Source: Octopus sinensis (taxonomy: Eukaryota). Taken from it: DNA of 64,000 nt. The notes beneath the pieces were generated by a model, which saw nothing but the letters and a program-made list of their open reading frames with translations, did no database searches and had not been told where the DNA came from. The stretch covers positions 160,518,001 to 160,582,000 of the forward strand of contig NC_043000.1 in the NCBI RefSeq assembly GCF_006345805.1, given 5' to 3'. Shown here one piece after another: positions 55,136 to 64,000 of the stretch. The translations under genes were made by a program, and so were the position numbers. The number at the start of each line of letters is the position of its first letter. The first letter of the stretch is position 1.

Positions 55136-55515
55136 TCTTTATATATAAAAGTAAGGTTGTGTGTCTGTCTACTCCGATTTAGATTCCTAACTACTCCCAC
55201 ATTTTGCGGTGCAGTTTAACCAAAACCGGGTATCTTATAGTCGTCATTCATATCGAGCCCTTCTGGGTTTTAGCACGCGTCTACGATGAGTTTACGATTT
55301 TAAGAATAATTTACCATCATTTTTCCCATTTTAATGCATATTTTTTTAAAGGGACGTAACTCTCTAAAAATGTCTACGATGAGTCAACGATTTTAAAAGA
55401 AATTTACCATCATATTTTTTCCATTTTTAATGCATTATTTTGGCTATAACTCTCTAAAAATGCTTATATAGTTATTTCCCTTACAAACCCGAGCAACGCC
55501 GGGCGATACTGCTAG
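55136..55515 (+). mobile_element. non-autonomous Helitron, head-to-tail with the previous copy
   Basis: TC start directly after CTAG; 3' hairpin plus CTAG|T; matches 30165-30564. Confidence 0.85.
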
Positions 55516-58069
55516 TTTATAATAATTTCTATTATAAATTTGTACGATAATTTCCTAAACTCTTCGCATTGTATTGTATAGTCCCTTGGCATCTCAATTT
55601 CAGATCCCATCTGTTGTTGGGTTTTTGTTTTACACCAACAGACGTTAAATCCAGTACTATTCGTGTATTATATGCATTTGCAAATATAAGATCCAAACCA
55701 TTCATCTTACAGATGTCAGATATTCTACTAGTTATGTGACTCATCTCAATAATGTAAAGGTGAAAGATATGGACTGCAGGTTTTGGTTGTTTCACTAGCC
55801 TTCATCGATAATATTACTACTACTGAAGATAATACTGATGATAACGATAATCATGTTGTGAATTATAAGGATGACGAAGAGGATGGACGTGGAGATTCTT
55901 TTCCATCAATTTTCTCCCGTTTATCAATACAAATGTCTTTGCAAGAGCTTCTGCAAAGGGATCTTGCCGTGTTGTTTTTTGGCGTGGGGATCTGTTCAAT
56001 GATAATTTGGCAATTAAACCATTGCACAAATTTAGCGAGAGAGCATGGAATTTTCTGCTAATGCACTGATAGTTCAAGCATATATAGCCCTACCACTAGC
56101 ATCCCTACTATCACCAGTATCAACACTATTTCCAAATACCAACACTAATAACACCGCCACCACCACCACCATCATCCTAACGTCAGCTTCAACAACATCC
56201 AAAACAATAACAATAAAAAAAATCAACAGCAATAATAAAAAAAACGAGAAAACAACACGGCATCAGTTTCACTGAAGGAGAAAAAATGAGACCCTTGGTT
56301 TGCAAAATAATTAATGAATCACTGCAAAAATAGATTGTAAAATGAAAGGGATCAATATGAATAGCTATGAGTTTTAGGTCTAGGATAAAAGACCTTGAAA
56401 AAAATCCATCATTATCTTTGGAAGCCAGAAGCTGAGCAAACCACCGCTGAGGTGTAACACGTAAAAAAGAAAAACGAAAATAAAATAAAACATCATTATA
56501 GCTGTGAATAAAAGAATATGAATAGTGAGAAACGCCAAGAAAGAAACAGTTTACAAGTTCTTTCTTTTTTTTTCTTTCCACTTTCATCCATGAAAGATTG
56601 CAATGTTGGATGGTGAATTTGGCGTGGACAATTAAAATTAACTTCTCTGCATGCGAGCTAAATCCTCAGAGGCTGGTTCAGTTTCTATTTGAAGCAGTTA
56701 AATTAATATCTTTAAAACCGGTGATAGAATCACATTTTTAAACATATATTTCTTCTACATTACACGTGATACAGTAAAATAGATAACGTTTTCCTACATT
56801 TTGCTTTCAGTTTTCTAATGTCATATAAAACGATTACCCTTTTGACTTATAAGTAATATTAATCTCACTGGATTAATTGTTTCTAATGAAATTTATCTAT
56901 CTCAAATTTTGTAAAAGTTTGGGAGCCTCGAAATTCATAAATTCTCGAAAGGCTTCTAATATTCTTTATTGATTGACAAATCATTTTGAAATAAATTTTC
57001 AAGCGTCTAATTTTTTTTAAGTATTGATTTTTTATGTATGTTTATATGTTTCTTTAAACTTTATTAAATGGAAATTTAATTCTTTTCTCGATTTAGATTT
57101 ATGCAAAGCCATATGGTGTTAATATTTATGGGAAACTAATATCTTGTTTCACAAATATAAAATCACTCTCTCCCTCTCTCTCTCCCCCTTCTCTCTTTCT
57201 TTCTCTTTCTCTCTGTCTCTCTCTATCTATCTATATGTATGTGTGTGTGTGTGTATGTATATGTGTATGTATGAATTATGAATGCATGTATATGTTTATA
57301 TGTATTGGTATGCAATGAAATGCTTTCAAATGTCAGTCTTTCAAACAGTTTCCCTATTAAGTACACAAGTTTCTAAACAATTCAAGTAAAAAAAAACATA
57401 ATTTATAAAATTAAGGTACACGGTTCTATGAGATTCCTGCATGCAATCACTGTTAGACATCTAGAAATGCAGTCTATTGCACGGAGCTCAGGAATACTTA
57501 GAACTTATAAAATTCCTCATATATTCTTTGACTACATTAAATATGACGCATTTCGTAAAATTTCAAGACCTTACGATTAATATATTCCAAATTTTATTTG
57601 TAATGTAGGACTTAAAGCAACTGAGCCGAATAATGGTCAGAATACTTGCTGGAACAGGCGTTAGTTTCGAATGCAATGTCCAAACAAATACCAGAGCTAA
57701 TCTCAATCACAATCCCATAGCAAAGCTGACGCTGATATTGGTTTAGACCAATTCTCCTCATTGAGGTTTTTTTTTATTACGGATCCTGTAAAGGTTGGAT
57801 CCATATTTTGATGTAGAGACGCACTATTACTACAGAAGATAGCATCATGATTAGTACCATTATTGAACATTTTGAAGAATAAATCGCTTTCAGAATTACA
57901 TCGGATTAATACATTTTTACTTTTAATTTCCTTCTTAATCTAAATAGAGAAATTTGCACTTATATGATGCTATTGTTTATTAAAGAGAAACTATTAATCT
58001 GTGTTAAAATTTACGACATTGTTTCAAGTTAAGTATTACTTTGTAAATATATGATAGTATAACATTCTA

Positions 58070-58620
58070 TAAATCGTTAAGCTCCCTTGGTCACCAGCTC
58101 GGTCATGGTGTTGCTGGTAGAATGGTTGACGTTTCTCTCAATCGCAATCCACAAATAATATTCTATGGGTTTACAATCATGGAAATTAGAAGGCCAGAAA
58201 TTGGGTCTGATAAAGTCAGATAAATTCTTCAAGAATCACTACGGAGGCTTTTCCGTGTATGGCAAGACGTATGACAGGGAGCCGAATGCTGCTGTAATAC
58301 TTTTGGTCTTCCAGAGGCAAACATCTCCAGCTAGGGACGGACCACAATCCACAGCAACTTCTCATGCCTGTCTGAATTGAGACTAAGTCAGAGAAGTGGG
58401 ATGGCATGATGTCACCTTCACGGTAGATATACTCACACACCCTTACAATTTGGGTAATTTGATTTTCATGATATCCATGTTACCTCTTATGGCCTTTAAA
58501 GTGTTCACAGAGCATTTGACTGCAGTCATGATGTCAGCATTTTTATATCCGGCGCGAATCATCATGATGCAGTTAACTCTTTCCTAATATTCAAATGGCT
58601 TTCAGTTCTCCATGTCAGGT
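58070..58620 (-). mobile_element. maT/DD37D-like Tc1/mariner relic with internal deletion
   Basis: N-terminus MMIRAGYKNADIMTAVKCSVNTLKAIR is joined to IMKIKLP..EGDIMPSHF..GRPKVLQQHSAPCHT..FWPSNFHDCKPIEYYLW..ERNVNH..NTMTEL. Confidence 0.78.
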
Positions 58621-59799
58621 AACTTTTTCTCAAGTACATCTTTAATATTCATTATCTTAACCAATACATCTGTCAGCCAATAGTCAAGCAGTTGCTGAAA
58701 AAGAAAAGATAATAATTCATCAAATTTAGCCTGATACCCTGTATGTAGTTATTCGGCTGTACAGTCAGGTTTCAGGGTTTTTATTGTATGATGCAGTGAG
58801 AAACAAGAAAATACATTCAGAATTAATTGATGGAATAAAATTATCTTCCAAAAGATACACCATATATGTTTATCTCCCAACATATATAACTATCTCCGAC
58901 TAACCTATATTTGACTGTATTTGCAGATTTAAAGATTAAATGCGGGTTTTGCTTGTTACGAGAACAATCTATTACGAGAATTGCGTTATCACACAAAACA
59001 CGTTGTTTCTAACAAATATCTACAATATTCCAGAATTCTTGTATTAACTATGAGAATATGTTTGAATTTTCAAGCAATAATAAATTCATCTATATTATCA
59101 AACAAGTAGAGATTAATCGATTGTATGGCGCAAGCTTTGTATACGTTTTCATAGCATTAAAAAAAAGTATTCGTAACAAAGAGTAGACGAAACGTAAGTA
59201 TATCAATAACATCTTATCCTTATGAATAATGCAAAAGTCATCCCGGAAAATATGACTTCATACAGCAAGATTAAAGATATTTGAGCCATGAGACGTAATA
59301 GAAAATTTGAAGTTACGCGAAGAAACAGTCTAAGAGGGAAACGTATACGTTAACTATTTCAAGTGCACGTACAATGCCTTTGTGCGTAAATCTACGCATG
59401 GATATTTGTTAGTTTATATTTAGCCTTCTTTACGCAATTAAAAAATCATGATTGACAAAAATGAATAAGTTTGAATTGATACAACATATCACGTTATTTA
59501 AACCATTTGAGAATATTTGTTTGACAATTAATTATTCTTTATTGTTTCTGCAGACGAATAAAAATCACATGCGAATTCATACAAAAGAAACAGAATGCAC
59601 ATTAGCTGATAGGTTCAATTTCACAATTGTGGGCGAGATAAGATATCTGAAATTTAACGCATGTTATGCAGAAATACATTACAAAACGCTCTTGTAAATT
59701 ACACGGTAGAAACTCGCACATAGATTTATTAATATGTGTTTGTAGAAAGCTAATGGTATATGTATATATATATATATATGTTATATATACATATATGTA

Positions 59800-59834
<35 letters not shown>

Positions 59835-60569
59835 CGTCTACACATATGTGGAAGGAAGTACAAGCACACATGTATATACATATATACATGCATACATACA
59901 TGCACACACGTGTAAGACAAAGAAGAATAAAGAATTATACATTTTTAATTCATAATTTTTAGGCCATAATTCACTTACACTCGTTTCAGATCTTCTAATG
60001 TTACGTGATAATATGATACAGTAATTCTGTCTACCATTCGAATGATATTTAATCGACTAAATTATTATATAGATCTAGAAAATGAAGACCAGCACGTCTT
60101 TTCCAGTTATACCACAATGCCATTAGAGACAGATGATGTTAATGATTTGTTTAAACAGTTGCAGAGCATATTAAAACGAAAACACAAGCGACAGGAGATT
60201 TCTAAAGTCTTTTGCTCTGGGCAGGAAAGGCTAAGTATTGTGGTGAGTACAGAGAAACGTTGAGGATGAATGCACAAACATTGCTGAAATGTAGAGAGAC
60301 GAGTGGATCAGAAATGATAGTGATGGACTAGCCAGTTCCGACGAGCCTCAGCTATTATGGGAAAAAAACACAGCAAAGTTATTGGGCAGAGCGGATGCGT
60401 GTCCCTTAATGAAGGGTTGCAAATGAACGAAATGAACTCTCCATTGATGCAATATAGCATGTTAGTGTGTGCAGCAGCAGCATTACCTCTGATAAGGGAA
60501 GAATGTTCTATTTTGGCCCTTGAATATTGCAGTTGTCACCGTGAAATAGGAGTAACTGACTGCCGTTCA

Positions 60570-60618
<49 letters not shown>

Positions 60619-61006
60619 TGCAGCAGCAAAAGCAGCAATAGTGGCAGTAGCAGTATAATCGTACAGGGGTATGGACTGTAACAGCGTGTGGCTGCGAACA
60701 CCATTTATTGGTGATCCTCGACGCCGTTGATATTGATTCCATATATATTTCTGGTAAAGACTTGAATTTTCAGCGAAACGTTTCAATACTACAGAACTAG
60801 AAATCAACGATAGTGAACTGTGTGTAAATATGCAGGTTGCTACACTCATGATAACTCAGATTCAAGTTAATTACAGCGACACTGCAATCCCAGTGGTTAA
60901 AACTTGAAACAATATTGACATTGGAGTTGATGATATTTAGTGACAATTATAATTCTCCTTTTGGTGAAACATTTCAACGTGCTGCTTATACCAATTATAT
61001 ATAATA

Positions 61007-61188
61007 AAAAATGGGACGAGAACGCAAAACATCCAGACGACTACGTGATACAAAAAGGGACAACAAAACATCAGATAGACAGCTTCGAATGAACCGTCCT
61101 TGTTTTTTTGTATCGTCTATCTGGATGCTTTGATGCCCCGTTTTGTATCACCTAGTAGTCTGGATGTTTTGCGTTCTTGTCCCATTTT
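61007..61188. repeat. ~74-bp inverted repeat with 34-bp spacer
   Basis: aaaatgggacgagaacgcaaaacatccagac... versus ...gtctggatgttttgcgttcttgtcccatttt; TATA flanks. Confidence 0.88.
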
Positions 61189-61225
61189 GTATTTTATATA
61201 TATATAGCGGCGTATGTACACTTTA

Positions 61226-61320
<95 letters not shown>

Positions 61321-61324
61321 ATAT

Positions 61325-61355
<31 letters not shown>

Positions 61356-61370
61356 TAGATATACATACAC

Positions 61371-61402
<32 letters not shown>

Positions 61403-62599
61403 TATATATACAGAATTTTAGAAATCAGCTACTAACGGAAAAGGTATAGTTATGAGGCAGATTTATAAAGTTTCTATCATATGCTGTGTGTCTTCAAGCA
61501 ATCATTCAGTTTCAGTGTATACTGTTATCCCTATTTGAAAACAAAGACGCTTGTCTGTGAGAAAACGATTAAACAATGAGAGGAAAAACCTGAAAAATGC
61601 TGATGCATTAAGTGGACTAGTAGTGTGGTATACTAGTCTCATGATTATAAAGTCGTGGTTACAGTACCTCGACCGAGTGCAAAAAGGTACATCATAGCAC
61701 TTTGAAGTAAATTTAATGGTGATAAAAATGTTATGTAAGAAAATGGAACTGCAGGTAAAAGGTCACAGAATATACACCTGGAAATAAGTACACGGTGAGC
61801 GCTGGGAATCCCCTTCCTTTGCCCTCCTGTATTCAAATGTTTAATTACGACAAAACTCATTAGAACATAGAGAAGCTTTTCAATATTATTATAGTGTGTG
61901 TTACATATTCCATAGCATATTTTTTTATAATAGCAAAAATGACAGGTATATTATATAAATATATGAGTTCAATTTTATATGAAATTCAGCGTGTATACAT
62001 TTATATCGTATTTTGTTTGGGAGGAAAAGAAAGCTTTTGACACTTCACAGGACATCTCTGACTAGATGAGAGGAAGGATTTTGTGTCCCCAGATCCAACA
62101 TCATGCTAACAATTTACAAGGAGCTGATTACAGAAGAACACAGCTTTAATTCTACAATCTATACAGGCCACAGGATGGTTTGAACTTAAGATGCAAAGAG
62201 TGTTAACAAACACTGCTTGGCGTGCGGTTGGACGTTATGACTTTCAACAAAAAAAGTCTCCTGGATTCGTACTCAGTTTTTAAAGAACTTCCAAAGTGGA
62301 TGAAATGCAAAATCGACTTCAGTTGGATTTGAGCTCCTATAGCTTAAAGTGAGAATAAACATCGCTATGAATTTTAACTGGTGCTGTAACGACGCTGTTA
62401 ATTCACCGCCAATTACGTGTGTGTAGGTGTGCTGGACTGTTTTTCTTTACGTAAGATTAATAAAGTGCTACACACACACACACATACATAAACATGCACA
62501 CAGGTACACAAACACACACACATATATATGCAACATAGAGTTAGAGAAATATGCATATACATACATACAAACACACACAAACACATACACACATATATG

Positions 62600-62634
<35 letters not shown>

Positions 62635-62919
62635 GCATGTGTTTATCGATATTCCTATAGCTATGTATATGCATGTATATATCTATATCTATCTATCTGC
62701 TAATATGTGTGCGTGTGTGCTTGTGTGTGCATGTGTATGTATGTAGATGCAGAGATGAACATTTAATTCCAGTAATCGGATCCTAGAAAGCCTCCAAGAT
62801 TAATTGAAATAATCCGTAGAATAACAAAACACTGAGGTGAAAGATAACGAATAATTATATGATTCTACATCTTATTTCTTTGTGATGTAATCATTTGTCC
62901 ATATTCGTATTAGTTCGGA

Positions 62920-62997
62920 GGTGGTAGTAGTAGTGGTGGTGGTGGTGGTGGTGGTGGTGGTGGTGGTGGTAGTGGTAGTAGTAGTAGTAGTAGTAGT

Positions 62998-63054
<57 letters not shown>

Positions 63055-63062
63055 TGCAGTAG
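62920..63062. repeat. compound (GTG)n/(GTA)n/(GCA)n trinucleotide tract
   Basis: Directly visible. Confidence 0.95.
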
Positions 63063-63589
63063 CTGTGTGATATTAATGACATTGTAATCCCCCAAGAACA
63101 AGAATATAAAAATCAAAATGTTGGAGTGTGACCGACTACAACAGATTGAGAAGTGATTCGAAATAAAAAATAAGAAACTTAAAGGAAGCAAATGGTAATT
63201 CCTGTTGTAGCTGTCGTCTTTTGAGTGTTTGCAACTGTTTTGAAATCCCCGTTATATATCTTACAACTTCAAAGTAGTTTGAAGCTGCTGCGGAAACTAC
63301 ATTGTTTTGAACAGCAAGGGCCAGAAGAAGAGTTGGGTGTTGCTTGATGTCAACTGGAAATTATTCCCGTTCAGCAATCTCAGACCAAATTAAATCAGTT
63401 ATAATAATTATCAATTATCTTAAAATTTACTGTAATGATATATGTGCATTAGGTCAAATCTAAATTTAATGATGATAAAAACGTTATGTCGGAAGATTGA
63501 ACTCCTGGTAAAAGATCTTTCTCCCGATAGTTGGGCTACGGTGCAGTATTCTAGAACCGGGTATTATCTTGTTACTGCTTTGCAAAAAA

Positions 63590-64000
63590 TTAAGTGTAAA
63601 CGGAAGTCCACAATTTTTGCAATGGCATCTTATTTAAGAAGTGAACCAAGGTAGCGAGAAATCTGCAAACGAGGCTGAACTTATGAAACGTTATGTATAT
63701 ATTTCAACTCATACAAAACAGAAAACAGATTATGTACTATATATAAAGAATGAAAAGTATATCTCTGGTAAATAAATTGAAGAATTATAAATATATAAAC
63801 CAACATATTAAAAGCAAATGAATAAGAGCAACTGTCGAAATTATGAAGAGAATGGAAACATTCAAGTGAACACAAGTTTACCAAACTACCATCTAAAGCA
63901 GGGCCAAGATGTTGTAAGCCTAATGTGGATACCCTGGAAGATGATCAAATAGTGGTCCTTAAAGAAATGAAAGAGAAACTAAAGAAACAAGTAGTCATTG
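63590..64000 (+). mobile_element. possible R4/Dong N-terminal relic
   Basis: FAMASYLRSEPR resembles the R4/Dong VMECY.RSEP..RGY motif; very degenerate. Confidence 0.3.

Noticed and set aside
55783-56077. Overlapping ORFs with an acidic stretch and a hydrophobic segment
   Set aside because: Partly a degenerate (GAT)n tract; no convincing splice pair or family match.

Overview
AT-rich eukaryotic genomic DNA that is dense in microsatellites. The SINE families and repeat landscape point to an octopus or related coleoid cephalopod; this is inference from pattern recognition, not a database match. I cannot confidently identify any host protein-coding exon, rRNA, true tRNA or CRISPR array, and almost all listed ORFs are microsatellite artefacts. 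The window is probably intronic or intergenic and is built from decayed transposable elements: Tc1/mariner relics (DD34D mariner, DD37D/maT-like), a near-complete decayed Penelope-like element (PLE; RT plus GIY-YIG) and many short PLE tails, R4/Dong, Tx1, CR1 and RTE non-LTR fragments, non-autonomous Helitrons and three tRNA-derived SINE families. The most interesting signals are: (1) hammerhead-ribozyme folds in the PLE tails, including a full type I hammerhead present on both arms of a ~300-bp inverted repeat, and a minimal variant family with covarying stem I; (2) an apparent partitioning of microsatellite motifs among retroelement families, (TA)n-PLE, (TAA)n-R4/Dong, (TATC)n-Tx1 and (TATG)n-RTE; (3) a signal-peptide-like start one base out of frame with a ~200-codon Asp/Asn/Glu tract; (4) a structured, partly twister-like RTE 5' leader.
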